From Gemmatimonadota bacterium (lineage in GTDB: Bacteria > Gemmatimonadota > Gemmatimonadetes > Gemmatimonadales > GWC2-71-9), in NCBI GenBank assembly GCA_036679605.1, contig JAZDCZ010000179.1, forward strand, positions 1 to 57,781: DNA of 57,781 nt, given 5' to 3'. The translations under genes were made by a program, and so were the position numbers. Below, piece after piece: positions 47,090 to 57,781 of this stretch (positions are counted from its first letter, which is position 1; each line of letters starts with the position of its first letter). Below the pieces are notes generated by a model that was not told the DNA's origin, searched no databases, and saw only the letters and a program-made list of their open reading frames with translations.

Positions 47090-48400
47090 CTACATGTATC
47101 TCCGGCGCCCACGAAACTTAACACGGCCATGCTTCATGAAATCATCGTAGTGTCTCAGTTGGGCATGCTGCTGCACCTGTACCCAAGTGTCTAGCGCCAC
47201 ACCCACGACGATCAGCAGAGCCGTGCCACCGAAGAAGAACGGAACGTTGAACCGATCGAAGATAAAAAACGGTAACAGAGCGACAGCGGTAAGGAAAAAT
47301 GATCCGGGCAATGTAACTCTACTAAGCACATCGTCTATGTAGTCAGCGGTAGCAGCTCCCGGTTTTACTCCTGGTATGAACCCGCCTTGTTTCTTCAAGT
47401 TCTCCGCTATGTCGACTGGATTGAAGATAATCGACGTATAGAAGTAGGTGAAAAAGATGATCAACAACGCGTAGCTCGTGTAATAGATTGGGGTTCCGGG
47501 ACTAAAGGCCTCCGACATGGCTCTCAGCCAGGGAAGATTGCTGAAAGTAGCTATGGTACCGGGAACTATTATGAGCGATTGCGCAAATATGATCGGCATT
47601 ACCCCGGCCGAGTTGATGCGAATCGGAATGAAAGTCTTTTGGCCCTCTCTGATGCGACCACGCCCCATCACTTTCCTGGGTATTTGGATTGGGATCCGGC
47701 GTGAAGCAACAGTTACCGCGATCACTGCGCCCACGATCGACACCATCACTACCCCCAGCAACACCAACTTGGGGAGGTTGATCACACCAGTCTTCCAGAA
47801 GTCCAGCGTACGGAACATTCCAGGCCACATCCCTTGCATGATCGAGAAGAAGATCATCAAACTCATGCCGTTTCCGATGCCCCGCTCAGTGATCTGCTCG
47901 CCGAGCCACATCACAAAAAGTGCACCGGTCGTAAGCGTGAGGATCGTCATGAGTCGAAATCCCATGCCTGGAGCGGCTACAGCGCCTTGCTGTTCCGCGA
48001 AAATAGCGAATCCGTAGGCCTGCCCAAAGGAGAGGAGCACTGTGACATAACGCGTCCACTGAGTGATCTTCTTTCGACCTTCCTCCTCCTTCTGCATCTT
48101 GTCAATGGTGGGGAATACCGCGCCACCCAACTGGAACATGATCGAAGCGGAGATGTAGGGCATGATCCCGAGGGCTAGAACCGTAGCTCGGGAGAGGCCG
48201 CCGCCAACGAACATGTCATACACAGCGAAGAGAGTCTGCGCGCCCTGGTTCCGCACAAAATCAGCTAGAACCTGGACATCAACTCCTGGCGTAGCGATGT
48301 GCGCTCCACCTCTATAGATGGCCAGACAAAGGACCGTGAAGAGGAGCTTTTCCTTCAGTTCAGGGACGGCAAACAGATTGGGGATGCGTGGCGCTGTCAT
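47090..48400 (-). CDS. secY: Preprotein translocase SecY
   Basis: LGIMPYISASI, WLGEQITERGIGNG, GVMPIIFA, FGGTALLIVV. Confidence 0.97.
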   Translation of the reverse strand: MTAPRIPNLFAVPELKEKLLFTVLCLAIYRGGAHIATPGVDVQVLADFVRNQGAQTLFAVYDMFVGGGLSRATVLALGIMPYISASIMFQLGGAVFPTIDKMQKEEEGRKKITQWTRYVTVLLSFGQAYGFAIFAEQQGAVAAPGMGFRLMTILTLTTGALFVMWLGEQITERGIGNGMSLMIFFSIMQGMWPGMFRTLDFWKTGVINLPKLVLLGVVMVSIVGAVIAVTVASRRIPIQIPRKVMGRGRIREGQKTFIPIRINSAGVMPIIFAQSLIIVPGTIATFSNLPWLRAMSEAFSPGTPIYYTSYALLIIFFTYFYTSIIFNPVDIAENLKKQGGFIPGVKPGAATADYIDDVLSRVTLPGSFFLTAVALLPFFIFDRFNVPFFFGGTALLIVVGVALDTWVQVQQHAQLRHYDDFMKHGRVKFRGRRRYM

Positions 48401-48402
48401 AC

Positions 48403-48855
48403 TCAGATCTCGATCCGGCCGCCTGCTTGTTCGATCTTTTCACGCGCCACTCGAGAAACCTTGCAACCCTTGACCACAAATGCCCGTGTAACTTCCCCCG
48501 TCCCGAGGATCTTGGTCGGACGACCGGTGCGGTTAGCTAGCCCGGACGATGCGAGCAATTCAGGTGTTATCTCAAGCACCGACAGCTTTTCCAAATCACC
48601 GAGATTCACAACTTGGTTTGCGACGCGGAAAGGATTCGTGAAACCCCTCTTCGGAACTCGACGGATCAGCGGCATCTGACCACCTTCGAATCCGGGACGA
48701 ACGTTGCCCGATGCACGCGATCGCTGGCCCTTGTGTCCCCTGCCCGCAGTCTTGCCAAGGCCCGACCCCACACCACGTCCCTTTCGCTTAGCAGGCCGAT
48801 TCGCTCCCTTGGGCTCCGGCAAGTTATGTAACCCCAGAACCGGTAGGTCAGACAT
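48403..48855 (-). CDS. rplO: 50S ribosomal protein L15
   Basis: GRGVGSGLGKTAGRGHKGQ, GFEGGQMP. Confidence 0.96.
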   Translation of the reverse strand: MSDLPVLGLHNLPEPKGANRPAKRKGRGVGSGLGKTAGRGHKGQRSRASGNVRPGFEGGQMPLIRRVPKRGFTNPFRVANQVVNLGDLEKLSVLEITPELLASSGLANRTGRPTKILGTGEVTRAFVVKGCKVSRVAREKIEQAGGRIEI

Positions 48856-49123
48856 TGGATTCCTCAGATTTTACAGTTACTAGGTGGTTTACCTTGCGCA
48901 ACATACCCCTCACCGAAGGACTGTCCTTTACGACAGTTTCGTCTTGATGGTGCCTTATGCCGAGAGCCACGAGTGTGCGTCGCGTTGATCGGGTCTGCCC
49001 GATTCCGGACTTGACCTGACGAACTCTAAGCTTTGATGCTGACTTAGTGGCCTTGCTCTTCTTGGCAGTCTTCTTCTTGGCTTTGCTCGTACTCTTCTTG
49101 GCAGCAGGTTGTTTGCTAGGCAT
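48848..49123 (-). CDS. rpmD: 50S ribosomal protein L30 with Lys-rich N-terminal extension
   Basis: [11 protein letters not shown]...TLVALG...[12 protein letters not shown]; position between rpsE and rplO. Confidence 0.9.
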   Translation of the reverse strand: MPSKQPAAKKSTSKAKKKTAKKSKATKSASKLRVRQVKSGIGQTRSTRRTLVALGIRHHQDETVVKDSPSVRGMLRKVNHLVTVKSEESNV

Positions 49124-49673
49124 TTTCCTTCTCCGGCTGGCGCGGTCGATAGTCGATTTCCGTGACATCGACGCCCCGCTCTCTTGCAACTTGTTCTGCG
49201 GTAGTAATGTTTCTAAGTCCATCAACCGTGGCCCAAACCATGTTGATGGCGTTGGCTGATCCCAGTGATTTCGTTAGGATGTCGCTAATCCCGGCACACT
49301 CCAAGACTGCGCGTACCGGGCCTCCGGCTATTACGCCGGTACCCGAAGATGCCGGTTTCAGCAGCACTCGGCCCGCGCCATGTGCGCCGATAATTTCGTG
49401 AGGAATGGTGGTGCCATCTCGAGGTACCGGCTGCATGTTGCGCTTTGCTGCCTCCACTCCCTTGCGTACGGTCTCCGAAACTTCGTTCGCCTTACCCATC
49501 CCAACGCCAACGGTCCCAGCGCCATCACCGACAGCCACCAGAGCGTTGAAGGAAAACCGGCGCCCACCCTTCACGACTTTCGCTACGCGATTTATGGAGA
49601 TCACATTTTCGATGAACTCCGATTCACGCTCACCCTGATCTCGCCGCGGACCCCTTTGCTTCTCTCGCGCCAT
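49116..49673 (-). CDS. rpsE: 30S ribosomal protein S5
   Basis: [23 protein letters not shown]. Confidence 0.97.
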   Translation of the reverse strand: MAREKQRGPRRDQGERESEFIENVISINRVAKVVKGGRRFSFNALVAVGDGAGTVGVGMGKANEVSETVRKGVEAAKRNMQPVPRDGTTIPHEIIGAHGAGRVLLKPASSGTGVIAGGPVRAVLECAGISDILTKSLGSANAINMVWATVDGLRNITTAEQVARERGVDVTEIDYRPRQPEKENA

Positions 49674-49677
49674 ATAT

Positions 49678-50049
49678 TTAGAACTCCAATCCGCCCTTTC
49701 GAGCGCCTTCTGCCACAGCCTTCACCCGGCCATGAAACAGATAGCCTCCCCGATCAAACACAATTCTTGTAATTCCTAAAGCTTTAGCTTTCTCAGCCAG
49801 CAACTCACCCACTGCGTGGGCTCTGCCAACTTTGCCGTCTTTCGTCTTAGCCAATTGCTCCGACTTGTCCGATAACCCTACCAGTGTGTGACCTCGAACA
49901 TCATCTACGATCTGGGCATAGGTATACTTGAGCGACCGGAATACTACCAACCTTGGTCGGTCTTGCGTACCACTAATGGCCTTTCTCAATCTCAGATGCC
50001 TACGATACCGGCGTTCCCGCCTTGAGCGCGGTCTACGTATCAGCCTCAT
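49678..50049 (-). CDS. rplR: 50S ribosomal protein L18
   Basis: [21 protein letters not shown]. Confidence 0.96.
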   Translation of the reverse strand: MRLIRRPRSRRERRYRRHLRLRKAISGTQDRPRLVVFRSLKYTYAQIVDDVRGHTLVGLSDKSEQLAKTKDGKVGRAHAVGELLAEKAKALGITRIVFDRGGYLFHGRVKAVAEGARKGGLEF

Positions 50050-50585
50050 GCCTTAGCCCCAGATTTGCCCGCCTTACGACGGACCTGTTCACCCTTGTAC
50101 CGAATCCCTTTACCTTTATACGGTTCCGGCGGACGCACCTGCCGCAGTTCGGCTGCGACCTGGCCAACCACTTCCTTATCGATCCCCTGAACCATTAGTG
50201 CGTTTTTCTCGACAGAGATCTTGATGCCGTTTGGCGATGTATAGTCGACCACATGAGAATATCCGACGTGCAAACGCACTCCAGAGGTCGTTGTTTCCGC
50301 CTTGTATCCGACTCCATGAATCTCGAGCTGCTTCTCGAATCCACTGCTCACTCCGGTGACCATGTTGTTCAACAGGCTTCTGGTCAGTCCATGTAGCGAC
50401 CTGTGTTGTTTCTCGTCCGAAGGTCGGCTTACCGTAAGCGTGTCGCCGTCCAGCTTCAGTATCATATCAGCTGGCATTGTTCGGTCGAGTGCACCTTTCG
50501 GTCCCTTTACCGTAACCCGCTGCCCGTCGATTTTTACCGCCACACCGTTCGGAACCTTGATGGGGAGTCTGCCTACTCTTGACAT
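50046..50585 (-). CDS. rplF: 50S ribosomal protein L6
   Basis: [21 protein letters not shown]. Confidence 0.97.
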   Translation of the reverse strand: MSRVGRLPIKVPNGVAVKIDGQRVTVKGPKGALDRTMPADMILKLDGDTLTVSRPSDEKQHRSLHGLTRSLLNNMVTGVSSGFEKQLEIHGVGYKAETTTSGVRLHVGYSHVVDYTSPNGIKISVEKNALMVQGIDKEVVGQVAAELRQVRPPEPYKGKGIRYKGEQVRRKAGKSGAKA

Positions 50586-50594
50586 CGTGCCCCC

Positions 50595-50990
50595 CTACCA
50601 GACTACCGCCACGACCTCGCCACCCATTCTGGCGCGGCGTGCATCGCGGTCACTCATTAGTCCTCGCGGTGTGGACAGGATTGCCATTCCAAGACCGTTC
50701 CTTACTCGGGGGATTTCTCGCACCTTCACGTACCGACGGAGCCCCGGTTTCGATACTCGCTGAACATCTCGAATGACCGAAGCATTCTCGTAGTACTTCA
50801 GGTAGATGCGAAGCAAACCATGGAGTCCGTCATCGACCACCTTGTAGTCCCGAATGTAGTGGTTGTCCCGTAGCAAACGTGCTATCTCCGTTTTGAACGT
50901 AGATAGCGGCACATCTACTCGCCGATGACCTGCCCGACACGCATTACGGATGCGAGTCAACATATCGGCCACTGGATCTGTCATACTCAT
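50595..50990 (-). CDS. rpsH: 30S ribosomal protein S8
   Basis: MTDPVADMLTRIRNA, SKPGLRRY. Confidence 0.97.
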   Translation of the reverse strand: MSMTDPVADMLTRIRNACRAGHRRVDVPLSTFKTEIARLLRDNHYIRDYKVVDDGLHGLLRIYLKYYENASVIRDVQRVSKPGLRRYVKVREIPRVRNGLGMAILSTPRGLMSDRDARRARMGGEVVAVVW

Positions 50991-51009
50991 ATGGTCAGAC
51001 CCGATCCTT

Positions 51010-51195
51010 TCACCAACTGGCTTTGCGCACTCCGGGGATTTCCCCACGGAGAGCTAGTTCCCTGAAACATATCCGGCACATTCCGAACTTCCGCAGGAAA
51101 GCACGCGCACGGCCACAACGCTGACAACGGTTGTACCCGCGTACCTTGAAGCGCGGCTTCCGTTTCGCTTTCTCCACCAAACACTTCTTCGCCAT
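51010..51195 (-). CDS. rpsZ: 30S ribosomal protein S14, Zn-binding type Z
   Basis: 61 aa; CQRCG...CRIC. Confidence 0.95.
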   Translation of the reverse strand: MAKKCLVEKAKRKPRFKVRGYNRCQRCGRARAFLRKFGMCRICFRELALRGEIPGVRKASW

Positions 51196-51206
51196 ACTAA
51201 GACTCC

Positions 51207-51827
51207 TTATCCGATCCGGACCGGCGTCTGGCCGCGGAACGGCATTCCTAGGGCCCGCATTAGAGCTAGGCCGAGGTCGTCACGACCTGCGCTCGTCACG
51301 AAAGTTATGTCCATACCGTGGATCTTCTCCACCTTATCGTACTCGATCTCTGGAAACACCATCTGCTCTTTTATCCCTAACGAGTAGTTTCCACGCCCAT
51401 CGAAAGAATTCGTAGTAAACCCCCGGAAGTCGCGAATACGCGGCACGGTTATGGCAATGAATCTGTCGAGAAACTCCCACATGCGCGCACTGCGTAGTGT
51501 CACCGCCGCTCCTATGGGCATCCCGGCCCGCAGCGCGAAATTCGAGATAGCCTTTTTCGCCCGCGTGACCACGGGACGCTGCCCCGCAATCACGGCAAGT
51601 TCCTCCACAACTGCGTCTAGCAGCTTCGGAGTCTTCGGTGCCTCTCCCAGCCCTACGTTGAGCACGATCTTTACCAAGCGCGGAGCCTGGTGGATGTTCT
51701 TGACTCCAAACTCTTCCATCAACTTTGATCTGACGGTACTGAAGTAGTACTCGCGCAGTCGGGGCCGCGGTGCCGGCGCTTTGGACCCCTTCTCAGATTT
51801 TGATTTCGCCGATTTCCTATCTGCCAT
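51207..51827 (-). CDS. rplE: 50S ribosomal protein L5
   Basis: [19 protein letters not shown]. Confidence 0.97.
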   Translation of the reverse strand: MADRKSAKSKSEKGSKAPAPRPRLREYYFSTVRSKLMEEFGVKNIHQAPRLVKIVLNVGLGEAPKTPKLLDAVVEELAVIAGQRPVVTRAKKAISNFALRAGMPIGAAVTLRSARMWEFLDRFIAITVPRIRDFRGFTTNSFDGRGNYSLGIKEQMVFPEIEYDKVEKIHGMDITFVTSAGRDDLGLALMRALGMPFRGQTPVRIG

Positions 51828-51831
51828 AACC

Positions 51832-52215
51832 CTAACCGCTCCTAGGAATCGGCTGACCCGACTTCACGCTCAGGCGTTCAACCGTTCCGTCCTTATCTTT
51901 CTGTCGGCGCACGCGCGTCGGCTCGCCTGTCTTAGGGTCCAACAACATCACGTTCGACACGTGAATCGGCGCTGGAAACTTTATGATTCCTCCTTCAGCA
52001 TCGGCACTGGCTCTTTGGTGTTTCGTGACAACATTCACACCCTCTATCACTACTCTGTTAGTCTTTGGATGGACGCGAAGGACAGCACCTTCAGTACCTG
52101 CGTCCTCCCCTCTGACCACACGTACCCGATCACCCTTGGTGACGTGCATCTTATGGCGAAACACGGTTTGTTGTCTCTTCTTGCGTCGCGTTTTCTTGTA
52201 CACCAACGGCTTCAT
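51832..52215 (-). CDS. rplX: 50S ribosomal protein L24
   Basis: KGDRVRVVRG, EGVN, APIHVSNV; basic N-terminal extension. Confidence 0.95.
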   Translation of the reverse strand: MKPLVYKKTRRKKRQQTVFRHKMHVTKGDRVRVVRGEDAGTEGAVLRVHPKTNRVVIEGVNVVTKHQRASADAEGGIIKFPAPIHVSNVMLLDPKTGEPTRVRRQKDKDGTVERLSVKSGQPIPRSG

Positions 52216-52584
52216 CTACAGAACCTCCGGAGCCAAGGAGACGATCTTCATAAACCTCTTCTCACGGAGTTCGCGTCCGACGGGGCCGAATATTCGAGTT
52301 GCTCGCGGCTCCCCTTGATCATTTATTAGGACGGCGGCATTGTCATCAAAACGGATATAACTTCCATCCTTGCGCCTCGTTTCCTTTGCCGTGCGCACGA
52401 TCACCGCCCTGACCACTTCTCCTTTTTTTACCTGCCCAGCAGGCAACGCATCCTTGATGGTGACAACCACTGTATCGCCTAACCCAGCATATCTGCGTTT
52501 GCTACCACCCAAGACGCGTATCACGAGAGCCCGTCGGGCTCCTGAGTTATCCGCAACCTTGACTATGGATTCTTGTTGAACCAC
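52216..52584 (-). CDS. rplN: 50S ribosomal protein L14
   Basis: [22 protein letters not shown]. Confidence 0.97.
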   Translation of the reverse strand: MVQQESIVKVADNSGARRALVIRVLGGSKRRYAGLGDTVVVTIKDALPAGQVKKGEVVRAVIVRTAKETRRKDGSYIRFDDNAAVLINDQGEPRATRIFGPVGRELREKRFMKIVSLAPEVL

Positions 52585-52593
52585 CTCTACCTC

Positions 52594-52860
52594 CTACTCC
52601 GCGCGGACCAAGATTTCGACGACCCTCCACCGCTTGGTCTTCGACAACGGTCTCGTCTCAATGATCCGGACCGTATCTCCTGCCCGGGCACCACGATCGT
52701 CGTGCGCAGTCACTCGTTTCGTACGCGTCATCCGCTTTCCATATAAGGGATGCGGAAACTGGCGAGTCAAAATGACAACGACGGTCTTATCCATTTTGTC
52801 GCCTACCACAGTCCCTGTCCGAACCTTGCGCCGCTTGCGGGCACTCACCTGCTCACTCAT
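52594..52860 (-). CDS. rpsQ: 30S ribosomal protein S17
   Basis: [22 protein letters not shown]. Confidence 0.96.
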   Translation of the reverse strand: MSEQVSARKRRKVRTGTVVGDKMDKTVVVILTRQFPHPLYGKRMTRTKRVTAHDDRGARAGDTVRIIETRPLSKTKRWRVVEILVRAE

Positions 52861-53078
52861 CCTTTTGTCCTCTCACGGAGTACCGTACGAATCCGCGCAA
52901 TGTTGCGGCGCAACGCCCTGAACTGCAGTGGATTGTCGATTGCCTCTGTTGCCGAACGGAACTTCAGCCTAAACCTGGCCTCCTCCAACCGAGCTAACTC
53001 CTCTTCAAGCTCGCTCGTTTCCAACTCTCGGATCTGAGAGGCCTCCACCGGCTTCTGCTCAATGTCCTTCAGCACCAT
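52857..53078 (-). CDS. rpmC: 50S ribosomal protein L29
   Basis: FRLKF...RRNIARIRT; operon position. Confidence 0.93.
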   Translation of the reverse strand: MVLKDIEQKPVEASQIRELETSELEEELARLEEARFRLKFRSATEAIDNPLQFRALRRNIARIRTVLRERTKG

Positions 53079-53081
53079 AGC

Positions 53082-53492
53082 TCAGCCGCCTCGCTTAATA
53101 AATTGTGTCTTGACCGAAAGTTTCGCGCCAGCCAACCTAAGGGCTCGGCGGGCCAATTCCTCGGAAACACCATCCACCTCGAACATGATTCTACCAGGCT
53201 TTACCGGGGCGACCCATTGCTCCGGATTACCCTTTCCCTTTCCCATCCTCGTTTCCGCCGGTTTCTTGGTCAATGGTTTATCCGGGAAAAGCCGAATCCA
53301 AACCTTACCACCGCGTTTCATCGTCCGAGTAAGCGCAACGCGGGCTGCTTCAATCTGCCGGTTGCTAATCCAACCCGCGTTCAGCGACATCATGCCGTAT
53401 TCGCCGAACGACACTTCGTTGCCCCGCCTCGCATAGCCGCGGTTCCGGCCCTTCATTTGCTTTCTGTACTTCACCCGCTTCGGCGCCAGCAT
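53082..53492 (-). CDS. rplP: 50S ribosomal protein L16
   Basis: [15 protein letters not shown]. Confidence 0.97.
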   Translation of the reverse strand: MLAPKRVKYRKQMKGRNRGYARRGNEVSFGEYGMMSLNAGWISNRQIEAARVALTRTMKRGGKVWIRLFPDKPLTKKPAETRMGKGKGNPEQWVAPVKPGRIMFEVDGVSEELARRALRLAGAKLSVKTQFIKRGG

Positions 53493-53494
53493 TG

Positions 53495-54154
53495 CTATGC
53501 TCCCGTGCTATAGGTCCGCCCGCGCGAATCTTCAACCACTTCACCCTTGAAGATCCAAACCTTGACGCCAACCGTCCCGTATGTCGTCTTGGCAGCCGTG
53601 GTTGCGTAGCTCACATTCGCCCGTAGTGTGTGCAACGGCACACGACCCTCATGGAAACTCTGCGTACGAGCTATCTCGCCTCCGCCCAGTCGCCCACCGC
53701 ATTTGATCTTGATGCCTTTAGCTCCCATTCTCATCGCATTCTGAACGGCCCGCTTCATGGCACGCCGATAGGAGACTCGCTGCTTCAGCTGGTGCGCAAC
53801 GTTGTTCGCAACCAGTTGAGCCTCGAGCTCGGGCCGTTTGATCTCCTCAACATTGATGCCGACTTCCTTGCTGGTCAGTTGAGCCAACTCATCACGTAAC
53901 TTGTCGACCTCAGCACCGCGCTTCCCAATCACCACACCGGGACGACCAGTGAACACCGTTACTGTCACTTTACCCGGCTTGCGTTCGATGTGGATGTCAG
54001 CAATAGCAGCATGGGCAAGTCGGGATCCTAAATACTTCCTGATTAGCTCATCTTCCTTGAGCAACTCCGGAAACTCCCTACCCGCAAACCACCGGGAACG
54101 CCACGGCTTCACTATCCCAAGCCGGAATCCATATGGATGTGTCTTCTGACCCAC
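53495..54154 (-). CDS. rpsC: 30S ribosomal protein S3
   Basis: [23 protein letters not shown]. Confidence 0.97.
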   Translation of the reverse strand: MGQKTHPYGFRLGIVKPWRSRWFAGREFPELLKEDELIRKYLGSRLAHAAIADIHIERKPGKVTVTVFTGRPGVVIGKRGAEVDKLRDELAQLTSKEVGINVEEIKRPELEAQLVANNVAHQLKQRVSYRRAMKRAVQNAMRMGAKGIKIKCGGRLGGGEIARTQSFHEGRVPLHTLRANVSYATTAAKTTYGTVGVKVWIFKGEVVEDSRGRTYSTGA

Positions 54155-54510
54155 TACGCTTCCTCCTTAACGGCTACCATGATTTCCACATGGCTAGTTC
54201 TTTTTCTAATTGGGGCCGCTCGTCCTTGCGCTGCAGCCCGGAACCGCCAGAGGGTCGCGCCCTCGTTGACGATCGCGTGCTGCACGTAGAGACGGTCAAC
54301 ATCGAACGCCTCCTCACTCCGCACTGCATCTTGCTCCGCATTCGCAACCGCTGACCGCAGCACCTTCTCAATCTGCTTCGCCGCGCCCTTCTTAGAAAAC
54401 TTGAGCATAGCATATGCATCGTTGACATCTTGACCACGGATCGTGTCGATCACTAGCCTCATCTTGCGAGCCGACTGTCGTATATGCCGCTGAATCGCTC
54501 TTGCCGCCAT
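54154..54510 (-). CDS. rplV: 50S ribosomal protein L22
   Basis: [20 protein letters not shown]. Confidence 0.96.
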   Translation of the reverse strand: MAARAIQRHIRQSARKMRLVIDTIRGQDVNDAYAMLKFSKKGAAKQIEKVLRSAVANAEQDAVRSEEAFDVDRLYVQHAIVNEGATLWRFRAAAQGRAAPIRKRTSHVEIMVAVKEEA

Positions 54511-54516
54511 GTCTAC

Positions 54517-54807
54517 CTACCTACCACCGACCTTCTTGTCCGCGGCCAGTTTCCCACTGTGCCCGCGAAAAAGACGCGTCGGTGCAAATTCACCAAGTTT
54601 GTGTCCAACCATGTTTTCCGTTATGTACACGGGAATGAACTTATTCCCGTTGTGTACCGCTATTGTATTACCCACAAACTCAGGCGTGATAGTCGAGGCA
54701 CGCGACCAGGTCTTGAGTACCCGGTTCTCGTTGTGCTGCTGGAGAGCTGTGATCTTCCGCAGCAGCGCCTCCGCCACATATGGACCCTTCTTTACACTTC
54801 TGGCCAT
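54517..54807 (-). CDS. rpsS: 30S ribosomal protein S19
   Basis: [24 protein letters not shown]. Confidence 0.97.
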   Translation of the reverse strand: MARSVKKGPYVAEALLRKITALQQHNENRVLKTWSRASTITPEFVGNTIAVHNGNKFIPVYITENMVGHKLGEFAPTRLFRGHSGKLAADKKVGGR

Positions 54808-54819
54808 CCGAACCTTGCC

Positions 54820-55659
54820 TTACTTCGTTGCCTTGCCGCGCTTGCGGCCCCGAACGATTAGTTTTGTACTCGGCTTCTTCTTGTCACGGGTCTTCTTACC
54901 TTCTGGTTTCCCCCAGGGAGTAACGGCAGGCCGGCCACCCGCGGACCTACCCTCACCTCCACCCAGTGGATGGTCGACTGGGTTCATAGCTACGCCTCGA
55001 ACCTTAGGCCGACGACCCTTCCATCGGGTCTTGCCCGCCTTACCGATATTTATCAACTCATGCTCTGCATTTCCCACTTGACCTACAGTCGCGAGGCACT
55101 CCGCTCGGACCATGCGAACCTCGGTACTGCGCAGTTTCAGCGCTACATGATAACCCTCTTTTGCAACGACTTGTGCACCCGTTCCGGCCGATCGACACAG
55201 TTGCCCGCCCTTACCCGGCTTCAGCTCTATGCAATGCACTGTCGTACCGAGCGGAACGTCGGCCAGCGGCAAAGCGTTGCCGGTGCGGATATCGCTACCC
55301 GGGCCGGACACAACCGTGTCGCCTACCATTAGTCCACGCGGATGCAGGATGTATCGCTTTTCTCCGTCCGCGTAGACCAGGAGTGCGATCCGCGCGGTTC
55401 GGTTCGGATCGTACTCGATTGTGGCTACTCGTGCGGGAACACCGTGTTTCACCCTCTTGAAGTCGAGCACTCTGTAGCGACGCTTATGTCCACCGCCACG
55501 ATGCCTGGCGCTCACATGTCCTTTGTTGTTTCGACCGCCCGACTTCGTCAGCGGAGCAACCAGTGACTTCTCCGGATGCGACCTGGTGACTTCGGCAAAG
55601 TCGGACACGGATCGACCACGCGATCCAGGACTAATCGGTCGGAATTTTCTAATGCCCAT
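54820..55659 (-). CDS. rplB: 50S ribosomal protein L2
   Basis: [29 protein letters not shown]. Confidence 0.97.
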   Translation of the reverse strand: MGIRKFRPISPGSRGRSVSDFAEVTRSHPEKSLVAPLTKSGGRNNKGHVSARHRGGGHKRRYRVLDFKRVKHGVPARVATIEYDPNRTARIALLVYADGEKRYILHPRGLMVGDTVVSGPGSDIRTGNALPLADVPLGTTVHCIELKPGKGGQLCRSAGTGAQVVAKEGYHVALKLRSTEVRMVRAECLATVGQVGNAEHELINIGKAGKTRWKGRRPKVRGVAMNPVDHPLGGGEGRSAGGRPAVTPWGKPEGKKTRDKKKPSTKLIVRGRKRGKATK

Positions 55660-55664
55660 TGTCG

Positions 55665-55952
55665 CTAACCCTCAAAGACCTCAATCGAGTCTCCCTCGTG
55701 CAGCGTGACGTATGCTTTCTTCCATCGAGGCCGCCGACCCTGAGTTTTTCCCATGGTACGGCGCTTCGAACGCTGCTGGAGAGTCCGCACTCTCTGCACG
55801 CGTACGTCGAACAGATGTTCGATAGCCTTCTTGATCTGTGGTTTCGTAGCCCACGGCTGCGCTTCAAATGCATATTCCTTGCGAGCCGCAAATGCAGCCG
55901 ATGACTTCTCCGTCAGCAGTGGACGGATTACCGCACGATATGTGTCAGGCAT
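55665..55952 (-). CDS. rplW: 50S ribosomal protein L23
   Basis: [15 protein letters not shown]. Confidence 0.95.
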   Translation of the reverse strand: MPDTYRAVIRPLLTEKSSAAFAARKEYAFEAQPWATKPQIKKAIEHLFDVRVQRVRTLQQRSKRRTMGKTQGRRPRWKKAYVTLHEGDSIEVFEG

Positions 55953-56688
55953 CGTCTCCACCCTTCTTGCTGCTGCCTGTCGACTTTCTGGTGGCGGTCG
56001 ATTTCTTCTTGACAGTCTTTGTCTTCTTTACGGTTTTTGGCTTCTCTTTTGACGTCGCAGCGACCGGTTCAGCAGCTTGACCCAGACCGTCGAAAACTTT
56101 TTCCTCTATGAGAAGCGCATCCGACCAGAGGACATCGTACGGCGACACGTCCGCATATCGTTTGACCATAACGGACGCTAGGTTCTGAGCGGACAGGCAT
56201 ACTTCCGGCCTGACTCCATCCGTGAGCACCAGGACCTTTTTTCCTCCCAGCGAGAGCTTATCAAGCAACCCCACCATGTACTTCGTCTTCGGCCCATCGA
56301 ACTCCAGTGCCTCGATGACGTATAGCGCTCCCTCTAACGCTCTCTGGTTCAGCGCCGACTGCCGAGCCAACCGACGGACTTTCCGCGGTAGGTCGACTCG
56401 GTAGCTTCTCGGTTGGGGACCAAAAGTAACACCGCCACCAACCCAGTGCGAAGCTCGAATCGTACCCTGACGTGCTCGACCTGTGCCCTTCTGACGCCAC
56501 GGCTTACGACCGCCACCGGATACGGCACTTCTCGTCTTGGTAGATGCGTTACCCTGCCTCTGATTATTACGAAACGCGCGGATAGCCTGATACAGCACGA
56601 CCTTATTCACAGTTCCGTCGAACTCACTCGGCAGGGAGAACTTCCCCTTCGCCTTCGCTTCTCTGGAATAGCGATGTGCTTCAAGCAT
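55945..56688 (-). CDS. rplD: 50S ribosomal protein L4 with Lys-rich C-terminal tail
   Basis: RQGNASTKTRS, KPWRQKGTGRARQG. Confidence 0.96.
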   Translation of the reverse strand: MLEAHRYSREAKAKGKFSLPSEFDGTVNKVVLYQAIRAFRNNQRQGNASTKTRSAVSGGGRKPWRQKGTGRARQGTIRASHWVGGGVTFGPQPRSYRVDLPRKVRRLARQSALNQRALEGALYVIEALEFDGPKTKYMVGLLDKLSLGGKKVLVLTDGVRPEVCLSAQNLASVMVKRYADVSPYDVLWSDALLIEEKVFDGLGQAAEPVAATSKEKPKTVKKTKTVKKKSTATRKSTGSSKKGGDDA

Positions 56689-57316
56689 AGCGACCCTTAC
56701 CATTCTGTTTCCGTACTACTACAATGCCTCTCATGGGGCCGGGGATTGCACCCTTGATGAATAACAAATTCTGTTCGGCATCAATCCGCACTACCGTCAA
56801 ACCCATCACCGTATGCTCAGCAGCACCCATGTGACCCGGAAGCTTCTTACCCTTGATTACGCGTGACGGATCGGTACCCGCACCCATACTTCCTGGATTC
56901 CGATACCTCGTGCTACCGTGCGACGCAGGTCCGCCACGAAATCCGTAACGCTTGACCACCCCTTGGAACCCCCGCCCCTTCGTCGTACCGGACACCTTGA
57001 CGATCTCACCCGGCTGAAAAATCTCGACCGTCACGACTTCGCCTATCTTAGGCTCGGTACCCTCCGAAATTGGAAAACTGCGTAACACCGCTGGAGCGGC
57101 CTCGAGTCCGGCGCGCTTCGAGTGCCCAGCAATAGCCTTAGTCGTGCGACTCGGCTTTCTAACATCGAAACCCAACTGTGCTGACTTTCCACCCGCGTGG
57201 ACCTCCACCAGCACGATAGGACAAGGCCCCGCGTGAATCACCGTCACTGGGATCACCCGTCCGTCGTCCTCGAACAGACGCGTCATGCCCAACTTTCGGC
57301 CGACAATTCCGTTCAT
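56681..57316 (-). CDS. rplC: 50S ribosomal protein L3
   Basis: GRKLGMT, KGRGFQGVVKR, PGHMG. Confidence 0.97.
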   Translation of the reverse strand: MNGIVGRKLGMTRLFEDDGRVIPVTVIHAGPCPIVLVEVHAGGKSAQLGFDVRKPSRTTKAIAGHSKRAGLEAAPAVLRSFPISEGTEPKIGEVVTVEIFQPGEIVKVSGTTKGRGFQGVVKRYGFRGGPASHGSTRYRNPGSMGAGTDPSRVIKGKKLPGHMGAAEHTVMGLTVVRIDAEQNLLFIKGAIPGPMRGIVVVRKQNGKGRYA

Positions 57317-57318
57317 CG

Positions 57319-57627
57319 CTATTTCACCTTTATTTCAACATCCACGCCAGCCGGCAAATCCAGCTTCGTCAATGCATCAACTGTCTGAGGACGTGAGTCG
57401 TTGATCTCAATCAACCGCTTATGGGTCTTCAGTTCGAATTGTTCCCGACTCTTCTTGTCTACATGTGGGCTTCGCAGCACTGTCCACCGTTGGGTTTTCG
57501 TGGGCAAGGGAATCGGGCCGGATGCGTGAGCGCCGCTCTTCTCAACCGTACGAACGATGTCAGCCGCAGCTTGATCAAGCACGACGTGATCGTATGCCTT
57601 GAGTCTAATTCTGATCTGTCCAGCCAT
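57319..57627 (-). CDS. rpsJ: 30S ribosomal protein S10
   Basis: [30 protein letters not shown]. Confidence 0.97.
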   Translation of the reverse strand: MAGQIRIRLKAYDHVVLDQAAADIVRTVEKSGAHASGPIPLPTKTQRWTVLRSPHVDKKSREQFELKTHKRLIEINDSRPQTVDALTKLDLPAGVDVEIKVK

Positions 57628-57670
57628 CGCCATTCCCCGTGTCGTTTATGACAGTACAACCCATATCGCT

Positions 57671-57781
57671 CTATTCCAGTATTTTGGTTACGACTCCGGC
57701 ACCGACGGTGCGGCCACCCTCACGGATAGCAAAACGCAACCCGTCTTCCATCGCTATCGGAGATATCAACTCTATCGTCAT
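57671..57781 (-). CDS. tuf: Elongation factor Tu, 3' end (truncated by window edge)
   Basis: Own translation of the minus strand: [36 protein letters not shown]. Confidence 0.95.
   Translation of the reverse strand: MTIELISPIAMEDGLRFAIREGGRTVGAGVVTKILE

Overview
GC-rich bacterial chromosome segment; protein style and gene set suggest Gemmatimonadota (inference). 1-5.7 kb is accessory: a truncated thioredoxin-fold gene, a secreted 8-Cys defensin-like peptide, a DUF4876-type lipoprotein, hipBA and higBA toxin-antitoxin pairs, and an IS200-like Y1 HUH transposase flanked by two direct-repeat cassettes carrying 32-bp tandem arrays. It is followed by class II RNR (nrdJ); a Ser/Thr phospho-signalling cluster (two kinases, FHA proteins, PP2C, FHA-protease) interleaved with peptidoglycan genes (amidase, anmK, murQ); and a long minus-strand run (glyQS, peptidase, NSS transporter, small ubiquitin-like gene, deacetylase, methyltransferase, priA, Fur, pyruvoyl arginine decarboxylase, agmatinase, ccdA). 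Next is a RiPP-like locus (nucleotidyltransferase, HPr-kinase-like, PqqD/RRE fused to a twin-Arg signal and a 6-Cys peptide) divergent from an orphan Wzc kinase. The rest holds purA, a DapA-family gene, pilT, trpS, suhB and the S10-spc ribosomal operon from the tuf 3' end to map. Best novelty candidates: the RRE-Tat-Cys-peptide locus, the transposase-flanking arrays, the defensin-like peptide and the ubiquitin-like gene. All family calls come from motif recognition by eye; no database search was run.
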